Shown here: positions 1 to 13,170 of the stretch, in pieces
Layout of the letters: each line of letters opens with the position of its first letter
How positions within the stretch are numbered: the first letter of the stretch is position 1
Notes under the pieces: generated by a model
What the model was told of the DNA's origin: nothing
The model's database searches: none
Seen by the model: the letters and a program-made list of their open reading frames with translations, nothing else
Origin: the human T2T-CHM13v2.0 reference genome, Homo sapiens
NCBI RefSeq assembly: GCF_009914755.1
Contig: NC_060936.1
DNA: 64,000 nucleotides
Strand: one strand, 5' to 3'
Program-made: the position numbers and the translations under genes

Positions 1-850
1 AATCCTCCCCAAATTGCTTTGATGGCTCTCGCTACCACACAACACTGCAGAGAATAATTACAGTGAATTAAAATCCACTTCAAGACTTTTGCCAGGGCCT
101 CTGAGAGGACATGAAATGTCTTCCTGTTGGCAATTAACTTCGCTGAAGGGCAGCCAACGAGATCAGGCTGGGCATCACTTATCACAGGTGGGAGGACCAA
201 GTTGAGTGATTAACTCCTAAGAAATAGAACTCTGTCCCTGGCATGTGCCATGGGCATTGCCCAGTGACAGCTGTTAAGAAGTAAAGTGCCAGGCATGGAG
301 GTGTATTTAGTCTGAGAACAAATGCTGCGATTTGGGAAAGATCCTGTTGAGCATATTGGAAGGGAAATGCAAACACAGCCAGGACTGCCCCCAGCCGTCT
401 TGACTGCGCTTCAGGCTGAGAACCTTCTCTTTGGTTTGGTGCATGGCTTGAAAATTCCTTATGGATGGAGGCACTCACAGTGCTGAAAAGTAACAGGCTA
501 GCACAACCACATAAATTTTAGAAAATGGGGAATTAACTAGACAAAAGAAAAAAATGAAAATATTTATAAGTGGAATTACAAGTAAGAGTATCTCATTCTT
601 GCTTATGACTTAGATTTTGAAGTCAGTGCGTTCATCTATTTTAAAAAATCACCAATATTTATTGGGGCCTAATGAATGCCTAATGAGATACATCCCCCTA
701 TGGGCTATGTCGTCAATAAAACAAACAAAAACCCAGCTCCAATGAAGCATATATTCTACAGAGGGCAGGGAGACAATAAACAATCACTGAAATAAATCAG
801 CAAATTACATAGTATGTCAGAAAGTGATAATGATAGGGAAAAGTAGATTA

Positions 851-1945
<1,095 letters not shown>

Positions 1946-2137
1946 ATCTCTGACTCTTACAAAATTAATAAATTAAATAAAATAACATAAAAGCACATGT
2001 GATTTTAAGGAAAAACAAGAAACATAGGCCTTCTTAGGGTGATATTTGGGCAAACACTTCAAGAGGGTAAAAGATGGGGGCAGTAGAAATTACTGCTGAA
2101 AATCACTTAAACTGCTTTTACCAATTGTAGTAATATG

Positions 2138-2470
2138 ATGTGGTCAATTGCAAAAATGGCCCCAAATTCCTCCATGCCTATGTATACATGCTTTTGCAAC
2201 CAGGAGCTTTACTGATTCTCCATCAGGAGGTGAAGTCTATGTCTGCACTCCTTGAACCTGGGTTTGGCCAGGTGGCTGCTGTGGGTCAAAGGAACACCAG
2301 CAGATGTAATACAAGCAAGGGGTTACAAAGCACTTGTGCAGCGGGGCTTTTGCTCTCGCCACACCCGGGACTCTGGGACCACTGTGTGAATGGCCCAAGC
2401 TAGGCTTCTTGATCATAAATCATACAGCCACAAATCACACCCACACCAAATGGGGCCAAATGCCAGCTGT
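2138..2470 (+). mobile_element. MLT1G/H-type MaLR LTR remnant
   Basis: TGTGGTCAATTGCAAAAATGGC...CATCAGGAGGTGAAGTCTATG...CTTGAACCTGGG resembles MLT1G/H. Confidence 0.6.
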
Positions 2471-3162
2471 GTGAAAGAGGACATGCTGCTTGGGGACCGT
2501 AGACAAACAGATGAGTGAGCCCAGAGTTCAGAGTAGAACTGCCCATCAGCGTACAGAAACGGGATGTTCAAAGTGTGATCTCAAAGGAGGATGGAAAAAG
2601 CCATTTGCAGAAGAAATGGGATGGGCAAGGGGTTAGCAGGAGGAGTGATTATCTATTGTATTGCTCCAACAATGAAATAAGCTTGAGACCCAACTTTGCA
2701 GATGTGGGGAAGGGTGGTCCCTCCAGAGGTAGCCTTTTTTTTTGTTTTTTGTTTTTTGTTTTTTTTCTAAGAAGGTCAAGGTGCAAAGCGACAGCTGTAA
2801 GGAGATTCCAGAGCCTCCCCAGTTTGGGAGCCAAGAGACAGGGGATCCCTGGTGTCTCTTCTGTGGGAGACAAGGGTGATGGAGTAATTCTCTCCAGTTG
2901 TTTCATATCCAGAGCTGCAGGGCGATATTGCTGCTGCTACTTTAACTTTTATTCCACTAAGGCTGGTAGGCAGTTCAAGGGTAGTAAAATTGCTTCCCTA
3001 TGGAAAATGAACTCACAACGAACCACAAAATTCACGGACTTTTCTACTTTTCAGTGCTCACAGAGAAACTTGGTTATTTATTTATTTAATGAAATGTGAA
3101 CTTCGGTTGGATGATGGTCTGACAGCTTTCATGTTGTCACCAGCTTCAAAAAAGTGACACCA

Positions 3163-3459
3163 GCCGGGCCCGGTGGCTCACACCTATAATCCCAGCACTT
3201 TGGGAGGCTGAGATGGGTGGATCACATGAGGCTGGGAGTTCGAGATCAGCCTGGCCAACATGGCGAAACTCCGTCTCTACTAAAAATACAAAAATTAGCC
3301 AGGCGTGGTGGCTGGAGCCTGTAATCCCAGCTACTCGGGAGGCTGAGGCAGGAGAATGGCTTGAACCTGGGAGGCGGAGGTTCCTGGGAGCCAAGCTCGC
3401 ATCACAGCACTCCAGCCTGGGCCACAGAGCAAGACTCCATCTCAAAAAGAAAATAAAAA
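3163..3459 (+). mobile_element. AluS, full length
   Basis: Dimeric Alu with A tail; TSD AAAAAAGTGACACCA at 3148-3162 and 3460-3474. Confidence 0.95.
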
Positions 3460-3624
3460 AAAAAAGTGACACCATGGAGGTCAGAGCTGCTGTCATAAAT
3501 GGCAGAATCTGGCCTGCTGGACACCTGCCACATGCTGGGACTTTGACCACTCTCTATGGACCATTAACCCAGTAAGCACAATTCAACGGGTATCCAGTGC
3601 ATTCGTAAGCAGCACAGATAGTGG

Positions 3625-3654
3625 GGAGGAGGAGGAGGAGGAGGAGGAGGAGGA
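3625..3654 (+). repeat. (GGA)n trinucleotide microsatellite, ~10 units
   Basis: Directly visible. Confidence 0.95.
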
Positions 3655-3829
3655 AGCAGTCTGCACTTCATATTTGTTCTCACTCTGCATGATTTTCCTG
3701 GGGAATCAATCCACTCACATGGTGTCCACAGCCAATTTACAGGATTGCAACGCCCAGCTTTCCATATGCAGTCTATGGTTCCGTGATGAGTCCCTGCCTC
3801 ACTCACGTACATGGGTTCCTGTGTATGCA

Positions 3830-4520
3830 TTTATTCATTTGTTCACATACTCAGTCATCCATTCATGTGTGTTTTGTTCAATGTTACCTACTGAGCACCC
3901 ACTGTATACCCTGCAGGGTTCTAGCCATCAAGAATATGATGAATACGAGACAGACACAGTCCTTGCTTTCACAGACCTTATGGGAAACATTTCAGGCAGT
4001 GCTAAGATTTGTGAAGGAGATTATGGGGTTGAGTAAGGAGGAGAGTTAAAGAAGCAGGCAGTCAGGAAAGGCCTTTTTGAGAAGGTGACATTTGGACCCA
4101 AATGACACGAAGGAGGCCGTTTCCAGATCTGCAGGAAGAACCTTCCAGACAGGAGAAAGACAGGGCTAGTTCCCTAACTCACTTCCCTTGTCTCCTCTTT
4201 CATCAGGAGTTGGCCTCTGATGGCCAGTGTGGCTGGGGCATGGTAAGCAAGGGGAACGTGGTACGAGTCAGGGCCGGGGAGAGCCATAGGGGCCAGATGA
4301 TACTGAGCCTTCCGGGCTACAGAGAGGAGTCTAGAATGTTTTCTTGGTGGGATGAGAAGATTTAGAGAATTTCAACAGGGGTAGAGCATGATTCGATGGA
4401 GGTTATGGGGCCAGGAGAGGAGATATGGAAACCAGTTATGAGGATGCTGCCATTATCGGGGATATGAAGGTGGTGGCTGGACTCAGGAGTCGCTGTGAAG
4501 ATGGGGGATGTGGACAGATC
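3830..4520 (-). mobile_element. L2 fragment
   Basis: ATTCATT...CTACTGAGCACCCACTG 3'-end signature followed by typical purine-rich L2 antisense sequence. Confidence 0.6.
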
Positions 4521-4529
4521 CAGGAAATG

Positions 4530-5400
4530 CAACTGGCACCTCATACTCAATTCAAACCCAACTAAGTCCAATTTTTCTCTCCAGATTTGCTCCTTCTTTG
4601 GCTAAATGGCAGCTACTGTTCTCCATCCTGTCTCCTGAGCCAGGCTTCTGAAAACAATCTGAAATTCCTCCTCCTCCATTTCTTCCAACATTCCATCAGT
4701 CATCAAAGATAGATTCTATTTTCCCCAGGCCTCTAAAACACACCTCCTTCTCTCCATCTCTACTTTATCAACTCTTGCCCAGACAATTGCAATCACATCC
4801 AAATTGATCTCCCTGCCTCTGGTTTCACCCTGCTAGGATTCATCCTCCAACAGCAGAGAGACTTTTCTGAAATGAAACTCTGAACATGTCATTCCACTGC
4901 TTAAGGACATTCAGTGGCTCCCCCAGTCCTCCTAGGATAAAATCCCAACCTTGGCTTGATGTACACAGTGCTCCTATATGGATCCTTCCACAGTGCTCCT
5001 GCATCGATCCTTCCCACCTCTCCCACCTCATCTCCTTTTGAGGCCCCACCCCAGCTCGAGACAAACCTGACAGGCACAGAGTCCAGGCTCTTTTTTCCCT
5101 GTCTGTCCTTGTGAAAGCTGTTTCCTCTGCTTAGGATGCCTTTGTTGGAAGAGACCCTATTTATTCTTAGAAGATTCCATTTCCAAGTCATCATCTCTGT
5201 GATATTTTTCTTGATCTTCCTCTTCCTCTATGTAGAAGTGACAATTCCATCCTTTATTTGTCCATTTTCTTTCATCTCCTGGTAAAACTTTATTGCACTG
5301 ATTTGAAAAACTGCTTTTCTTTCAGTAGAGACAAACTTCTCTGTTTTCTCACCACCACCAGTGTGTCTAATTCATCTCAGTGTCTCTAGCACCTAGCAAA
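4530..5400 (+). mobile_element. L2 fragment
   Basis: CATGTCATTCCACTGCTTAAGGACATTCAGTGGCTCCCC...AGGATAAAATCC is typical of L2. Confidence 0.65.
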
Positions 5401-5497
5401 GTATCTGACAATATCAAACATAGAATCAAGGTGGCTACAGGCAAGAGTGAAGGGATGAGGGGTTCATCTGCAACCATTATGGATAGAAAGAGGAGCT

Positions 5498-5790
5498 GGC
5501 CAGGTGCGGTGTCTCATGCCTGTAATCCAAGCACTTTGGGAGGCAGAGGTGAGTGGATCACCTGGGGTCAGGAGTTCGAGACCAGCCTGACCAACATGGT
5601 GAAACTCCATCTCTACTAAAAATACAAAAAAATTAGCCGGGTGCAGTGGTGCACACCTATAATCCCAGCTACTTGGGAGACTGAGGCAGGAGAATGGCTT
5701 GAACCTGGGAGGCGGTGGTTGCAGTGAGCCTAGATTGTGCCACTGCATTCCAGCCTAGGTAACAAAGCAAGACTCCATCTCAAAATGAAA
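5498..5790 (+). mobile_element. AluS
   Basis: Full dimer; TSD-like GAAAGAGGAGC / GAAAGTGGAGC. Confidence 0.95.
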
Positions 5791-5859
5791 GAAAGTGGAG
5801 CCATGGACAGTTAGTCATCTCACTGCTTCACCCTGCAACCAGAACATAGGCAAGTCTCA

Positions 5860-6193
5860 AACCATTTGCACTTGTGCAGGTCCACACCCCGCAGGGCAGG
5901 CTGGTAGGAGACAGACTCAGGAAGAGTGGACGCTGCAGTGCCATGTGGAAGGGAGCGTGCTGGCAAAGTCGCCTCTTCCTGGAGAAGAGTTGGTTGTGTT
6001 TTCTGTGAAGGCCCTGGACTAACTGGACAAGTCCCACCCATCTGATGGAGGCTAATCTGCTTTTCTGAGTCTATGGATTTAAATGTTAATCTCATCTAAG
6101 TACACACCTTCCCAGAAATACTTGGGATGATGTTTGACCAAATGTCTGGGCACTGTGGCCCAGTCAAGTTGACACATAAAATTAACTAACACA
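5860..6193 (-). mobile_element. MLT2 (ERVL) LTR fragment
   Basis: Ends GTCAAGTTGACACATAAAATTAACTAACACA, the reverse complement of the MLT2 5' terminus. Confidence 0.8.
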
Positions 6194-6204
6194 AGGGAAT
6201 TGGA

Positions 6205-6670
6205 TCTTCCAGTTGTTTATCTGCTGTGGAGAAACAAATCACCCTAAAGCTTAGCGGCTAAAACAACCACCACTGTATGATTTCTCAGGATCATGTGAGT
6301 TGACTGAGGCTCCTTAGGGAGGTTCTTCTGCTGGCCTTTGCTGGAGCTGCTCATGGGGTGGTGGTTAGGTTACAACAGGTGTGGCAGGGATGGCTGAGGG
6401 CTGAGGCTTCTCTCTCTCTCTCTTCGGGGCTAAATGAGGCTTCTTCACGTGGCTGCTGGCTTCCAAGAATGACTGCTCCAAGAACAAGCCCCAGTGTGCA
6501 AGCACTTACCAAACCTCTGGTTGCATTACGTGTGTTCATATCCCTCTGACCAAAGCGGGCCAGGCCACATGGCCAAGACCAGGGTCAATATAAAGGAGAC
6601 TCCGGAATGGCACAACCACCAGCAGGCCTGGTTAGTCTGGAACAGCCAAAGTAACAGTCTACCATACCAG
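6205..6670 (-). mobile_element. Old MLT1 (J/K-like) LTR
   Basis: AACAAATCACCCTAAAGCTTAGCGGCTAAAACAAC...CACATGGCCAAGACCAG. Confidence 0.6.
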
Positions 6671-7133
6671 TCAACACGTGGCTGAGCCAAAGAGTCCTTC
6701 ATGTCACAGGGGCCTATTACAGGTGAGAGTGGCCGCTGTCGAGAGGTTGCTCCTAAAACAAGAGCCTGCTCATCCGTCATTATCTTCTGCCTATGGTCAA
6801 AGCTCTCTGTGGCCGAAAGCCATTTCTAGCCTTGGTTTTCAACTCTGTCTTGTGGGTAGGAGCTCAACTCACCCTTTCCTGCAGCCCAGGCGTATTTCCT
6901 TCTTCACACCACCTGAGCTCCTAGACAACAGGATTTCTAGAAGGAGCCTTGCTAGTGTTTTGGGCCTGAGGTTGATGCCAACGGTCTTTCAGCCACACGG
7001 GACTTGTTTTGTTTTTTAACATGCATTTGTTGCGGCTACCTAAAAGATGAGAGGTTTTGCCTGAAAGTCTGCATTTCTGTTTTCTCTTGAAGAGTCCCTA
7101 GGTCTAGTAGAACTGGGCCAGTGTCTTGTCAAA

Positions 7134-7316
7134 GGGACGATTCTTTGGAGCTGGGTGGTGGCTGTCCCCTTGGGTAGGGACACGGATGATTCTTTGGAGC
7201 TGGGTAGTGGCTGTCCCCTTGGGTAGGGGCACGGATGATTCTTTGGAGCTGGGTGGTGGCTGTCCCCTTGGATAGGGGCATGGACGATTCTTTGGAGCTG
7301 GGTGGTGGCTGTCCCC
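7134..7316 (+). repeat. 49-bp minisatellite, ~3.7 copies
   Basis: Unit GA(C/T)GATTCTTTGGAGCTGGGTGGTGGCTGTCCCCTTGGGTAGGGGCACG starts at 7136, 7185, 7234, 7283. Confidence 0.95.
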
Positions 7317-9112
7317 ATGCTGTCAGTTCAACAGAGACCCAACCACTCACTGTTGTCTCCGAAACAAAGGTGCCTGTCCATTGTTTCTTGTCATTGCAGT
7401 AATGCTGTGGCTTCCTTTCAGAAGGGGCAAATCTTTCTGTGGCCATGTTTTTACCACAGTGAGAAAAAAAAAGCTAGGCTGGGAGGACAGTGTGTTCCTT
7501 AGGAACGCCCTCTGAAGACCCACTATGTCACCCACTCATGTCACCGTCTCACCCCTGTCACCACCAAGTCTGCAGTTTCCGTTAAGACAACATCTGATCT
7601 AGGCCAGGTCTCTGCAGGCCACCCGCAGCAGCCATGCAGGCGGAGGGGCATGGGGAGTCTCTTCTTACTCATGCTCTCACTGTCAGAATTCTTTACCGCT
7701 GATAAATTACCAACATCAACCCAGAAATCGGTCACCTTCCAAGAGGGCCTGCCTGTGTGTGCATTTAAATAGAGGCTGGAGTTTCGCAGAGCTGTTCTCA
7801 TCCACAGGCTGTCCTTTGTGCGGGCTGTTTACAAACAAAACAGAAAAGCACCTGCCTACGGGATGGGGTTGATTTCTGGGCCGTCTGGCTGATCTCAGCA
7901 CCCTGTCGCTCCAGGGCACATTTCATGGGATTCCCATACTCTATGGGACTAGCCCAGAAGGGCCGGGGTGGTGGATTTTGGGCTGGGGTGAGTAGCCCAC
8001 ACTGGATTTAGTCTCTCCGTGGCTATTACAACACGAAGTTCACTGCACTTCAGGCACAATCCACTCTCAGAAGATACAACTTGCGCTCCGGCGCCTGCGG
8101 CTGTTTTCTTTGTTCGGTGTTCCTGTCTCTTCCCGGTTGCATGGAGACCATTAATCTAGTTGAGGTGCTGAGCTCTGATCACATGGGACACACTTTCTCT
8201 TTCTTAGACAATCACCTTTGGCTGTTTCATCAGAAATGTGATATTCTGGGTTCCAGGGGAAAGAAAGGACGAGTGTTTGGGGTGAGGGTGGGGGTGGGAG
8301 TGTGTGTTTCTGCTTCAGGCTCTGGGCTCAAGAATCATGACCCCAGCTGCCCCAGAGCTGAGTCTCACATGAGAAGAGAAGGAACTAATTTGCTAAACAA
8401 ACCACAGTGGACCTAGGTGGAAATTATTTCACTAAATCTCAAGTCTAAAACCAATTATCGTGAGCCGAGCTGAACCTGCGCTGAACTTATTTATTTTCTA
8501 AAATTCCAGAATATTCTCTGAATTAAACTTGCTGCTGAACTGAAAGGTTAGAATTCCCAGTTCTCCCTCCAGGAGAGAAGATCCTGGAGACCATCTGTAT
8601 GACCTCACAGAACTACAGCAGAGATGAACAGACCATCCAGGGCGTGAGGACCCTGGCATTCCAAAACACATCTCTAAGCTTTCAAAGAAATGAGATTTCT
8701 GTGATCTGTCATCACCAAGAATAAAAATGTAGCAGTTACAGAAAAAAAGAATCCTATTTTCAATTCAAAAGAACTTTTGAAAACAAAACAAAATAAAACA
8801 AATAAAAATGGGTGAAAACAAGTGAATGCATGTTAAATTCCCGACTAATGTGTCCACCCATAAAGTGAATATTTTTCCCAGTTGTTTAGAAAGTCAGTTG
8901 TTTACAAAGTCATCAACAGAAGATGATTTGTTCTTTTATTTTTCATCACTTTTATTTTATTATTTTATTTTAATTTTATTATTTTTATTATATTATTTTA
9001 TTTTCATCTGACCTACAGAACAATAGATAATTTAGTATGACCAATATTCAAAATTGGCTTCTCAAAGTTGGTTATTTTTCTTTAGGAAATGTTAAAGTTT
9101 TATGTCCATATC

Positions 9113-9179
9113 TTATCTATCTGTCTGTCTGTCTCTATCTATCTGTCTATCTATCTATCTGCCTGTCTTTTATCCATCA

Positions 9180-9238
<59 letters not shown>

Positions 9239-9240
9239 GT
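9113..9240 (+). repeat. Compound (TCTA)n/(TCTG)n tetranucleotide STR
   Basis: Directly visible. Confidence 0.95.
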
Positions 9241-9999
9241 TTTTCTCCTTACTAGTGAGGTTAAGCCACTTTGCTTTGAAATGGAGTGCATATAGAACTT
9301 CTGATACAATCCAGAGCCCTGGAAATGTTCTTGTTTTAATAAAGTTCTTTTGCTCTGACAACACCCTGGAAAACCTCTAGTTTGAGTTGCCAAAAACCAT
9401 ACTTTCTCAGATCTGCTGGAGGGTTGCACCAGAGAGTCAGAATGTGGCTCTGAGCTCCTTGACCCCTGCTGACCACAGACCACAGAGATGTTTGGATTCT
9501 GCCAGACCCTTCCATTAGGAGCCTCTGACTGTTCCGCTGCGGGGAGTCCACCCAAGGCCCCCATGGGGATGCTATCATCTCATCTATTGACAGTGCAGAA
9601 GCCTCTGCAAGTGTAAAATTCAGGTGAGCAAAAGGCCACCTTGGTGCATCTCCAGCTCACATCCTGCTCATCTGGAGTCCTGTGTAACTTATCCAGGTTG
9701 GCAGCTCCCTTGGCAGCCCCTGCAGAGACCCCTCAGCTTTGCCTCCTTCTATGCCTCTGCTGATGCAAGGACTCTGACTGTCATCCCTCCCAGGCCCCCT
9801 GGTTTCCTTGAGTTCCACTGAGAGGGGTCCAGATGTCCTCTATGTAGAAGAGGGGGCCCAGGCTTTACTTTCTTGCACCTCCCCACTTGACCCTCTATAC
9901 CATTCTCCAGTTTTCACTGGGCCCCTTTCCTGGCTTTTCCTTCCTTTGCCTCCTGGGTCATCAAGCGCTCTGCTTATTTGTGACGGGCAACCCTGTGAA

Positions 10000-10190
10000 T
10001 CCTGGAGCCAGACTGCCTGGGTTCAAGCTTGGGCATACGACTTCACTTCTTTGTGCCTCAGTTTCCTCATCTGTAACACAGAACCTACCCCATAGGGATG
10101 TTATGAAGATGAAATGAGCTAATACATGTAAGTGTTATCCAACAGTGCCACGATCAGAACAATCACTCCGCAGGAGATTTAGCATTGTAA
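10000..10190 (+). mobile_element. MIR
   Basis: GTGCCTCAGTTTCCTCATCTGTAA core. Confidence 0.8.
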
Positions 10191-10479
10191 TCATTCTTTG
10201 CTAAATGATAATAGCAACTACAACGTCATTGTGAAAGTGACAATTCCATTTTTTCAGAACTGATTTTGTCTAATGCTAACATTTCAATTACGAAATTTAA
10301 AAAACCTAAGTAATACATTTTAGACACACTATTTTTGCATATTATAAAAATATGAGGTAAATCATAAATTTCTAACATAATGCATATTGAACACCTATTG
10401 TCAATTTAATATAAATAATTAGCTGCTCTGGGCTCTCCTACTTCTTTGATCTCAATCCCCTCCACCCAAGAGTATCTGT

Positions 10480-10771
10480 GTTCTACTTCTTCCCAGGCAC
10501 ACGGCTAGCCTGGGTTTCCCAGCCTCCTTTGCAGGAGCATCAAACACTGTGTGTGGTTTTCCACCAGAGGGCGATAGAGGAGTCCTAGGGGGATGGAGGA
10601 GCCATAAGATGGAAAGAGCTTGGATCCCTGAGTCACCAGGTGGAGGAAGACAAAAAAATACTGATATTGGACTGTTATATAAGAGGTAAATCAACTCCAA
10701 TTGTGTTAGGCCACACACAAAATTGGGAGGATTTATTTGTTACAGAAGCAAGCCTCTCCCTAACAAATACA
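10480..10771 (+). mobile_element. MLT1J-like LTR
   Basis: GAGCCATAAGATGGAAAGAGCTTGGATCCCTGAGTCAC...TTTGTTACAGAAGC...AATACA. Confidence 0.65.
10561..10574 (+). promoter_or_regulatory. Candidate CTCF site
   Basis: CCACCAGAGGGCGA fits the core CCASYAGRKGGCRS except the last base. Confidence 0.5.
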
Positions 10772-11434
10772 GGGGGAGGAGGAGGGATGGGAGAACATTA
10801 ACTCAGAATAACAGCCAAGAACTTGTAGATAAGGTGAGTCTGGGAGGACTTGGCTGAGGGTGTCAGGGATGTGGTAGTGGAAGAGCAGGGGAGAACCAGA
10901 ATGAAAGTCTGAAATATTATTACTTAAGAGTTACTTAAAAACTACCACAGTTTATCATCCTGTATCACAATTACTAAGCCAGTCATTTAATGTTTTCAAA
11001 TTGTAATGGACCCAGCTGTGCAATGGGAATGTGTCTTCTTTGTACTGCTGCATAGTCACAGTCAGCAGGACATCCTATTTCTCACCTCCTTCTAAGAAAT
11101 GGTAAGTCATTCTGTGGCACTGGAACTTCCCTTGTTCCTTTTCCTGTGGAGTCATCCTTCCAAATAGGACAAAACGAAGCAATCACACATTTCCACAAAG
11201 AGATTTACCTGCACTTACTGCTGACGGAAACAGTTTCTCCACTCTTACGAAGTCGTATAGTAAAGAAGTATTTTCTGGCCACTTGTGTGTAACCCTCACT
11301 GTCACCCTATCCTGTATTATTACTTACTAATATGTTTCTTTACACCAACTACTTTTACAATTTAGTCTGGTCTAAAAGAAGAATATTCGTGAAATCATAG
11401 TTGGATGTACCAAATATATGTTGTCTTAACATGA

Positions 11435-11918
11435 CGCGGTAGACTGACAGCAACAATGGCTGCAGTTCTAATCTCTCTCCCACAACCCACCCATCCTCTT
11501 TGCAACAGAACTCTGCAGCTTCTTCCAACAAGAGTTGAAGACTGTTTTCTATCCCTTGAACGTGGACATGGAGACAAATTTTGGCCAACAGACTTGTGTC
11601 AGCCCTGAGACAAGGCCCCACAAGCCTATGGAAGCTGTTCTTTCTCCAAGACTCTGCTGTTGCCTTGTTAGCAGGTCCCAGCTGGCCTCCTGGAGGGTGC
11701 AGCTCAGGGGGCCCAGTCACCTCTCGACACCTAGCCTGCCAAAGCCACCAACGTATGCATGAGGACTTCCTGGATTGGCCAATACTCCAGCTGACTGCAG
11801 ATTCAAGCATAGCCCAGCTGACCCGCAGGCTTCTTGATGAAATAAATGCTCACTCTTTCAAGCCATCAGAGGTTGTGAGTTTTGTTATGTAGCATTATTG
11901 TGACAGATACCAGATACA
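11435..11918 (+). mobile_element. MLT1H/G-like LTR
   Basis: Ends TTCAAGCCA...TTTGTTATGTAGCATTATTGTGACAGATACCAGATACA. Confidence 0.65.
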
Positions 11919-12099
11919 CATGGGCAATATGGCATGCTGGCTTCATGTGCTCTGACCCATGCATATCTTGCTAGCCCTGTGGTTTCCAACTAGGGACAGT
12001 TTTGGTCCCCAGTGGGCTTGTGGAGACACATACTAGCTGTCAGGCACAGGTGTGTCTGGAAGCAGAGGATGGATATTTGAAGGGCAAAAGATGAAACTA

Positions 12100-12166
12100 G
12101 ATGATTGATAGATAGATAGATAGATAATAGAGATAAATGAGAGAGAGAGGGAAGGAGGGAGAGGGG

Positions 12167-12212
<46 letters not shown>
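12100..12212 (+). repeat. (GATA)n plus (GA)n purine tract
   Basis: Directly visible. Confidence 0.9.
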
Positions 12213-13170
12213 TCTCAGCTTTTATGAGCTTAATCAGAAATGAAAGTGTTGTTAGGTACTAACTGAGCTCCCATGTACCTTGAGTTGATTAAGGCTGTAG
12301 CAGAGAGTGTAAGGTTCCTGGCATGCATCGTTCTGACTTCTGAGTGCTTGAGTGGCTGAGACCACCCACTTTCCTGGAGGACCTACAGTGCCATTTGGTT
12401 ACAACAGAATTGATGCTACTCACCCTTTACTGGTCAACAAGGTCAACAAAAAAGTAGGGATTGCAGGATAAGAGAGGCTATTTTACAGGGAAAGGGAGGA
12501 ATCCAGAAGGGGAAGTGCGTCTGGCCTTCAGGTCCCCATGAGAGAGGAGGAAGTCCCTGAGAGGTGATTTTCCATGAAGCCGTTGGAGGGAAGCCCTAAA
12601 GATTTGCTCATAGCCTTTGGAGGTAGCTAAACCACCACGCTTCAGCCTCAGGGACAGGGGACCAATTCCAGTCTGAAAGTTTGGGATCCCAGGCCATTAT
12701 AGTACCAGATGCTGCCTGGAGATAATGGAGAGGGCAAAATGACAGGCTGATGGGAAAGCTCTCTTTCAAGTTTCCAATCCCTGGGAAGTAAGGAAGATGG
12801 ACCTGGCTCAGGCCTCAGAATCAGGGCCAAGAGATTAGACGACTTTGTGGGGGGTGAAGACTGCACATGGTGAGGAAAGAGGGCTACCCTCCGGGGTCAC
12901 TGCCAGTGTGGCTGGCTGTGAGGGCTGCTGTGGCCTGGAGAGCTGCCCATAGCCCACCGTGCATCTGACCCAGGGTGCGTAAGGTCCATCCGGAGGAAGG
13001 CTGGGAGTCCCCACGGGAAATCACAGGAGAATGCACTTCACATTTCCCTCTCCCATTTTGTCACCTCAAAACTGAAGAAGTTAGTCCACAAGGAAGGGTT
13101 CAGGTGGCACAACACCATTTAAATTTCAAGAGAAGCAAGTCTGGTCTGCTGGGATATTATTAAGGGAGTC

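Noticed and set aside
2515-3099. 194-aa ORF with a hydrophobic stretch
   Set aside because: Non-ATG start; the Phe-rich stretch is a poly-T tract; no recognisable family
7893-7912. REST/RE1 site (TCAGCACC)
   Set aside because: The right half-site GGACAG is absent
9113-9240. Identification as a named D12S marker
   Set aside because: Cannot be verified from sequence alone
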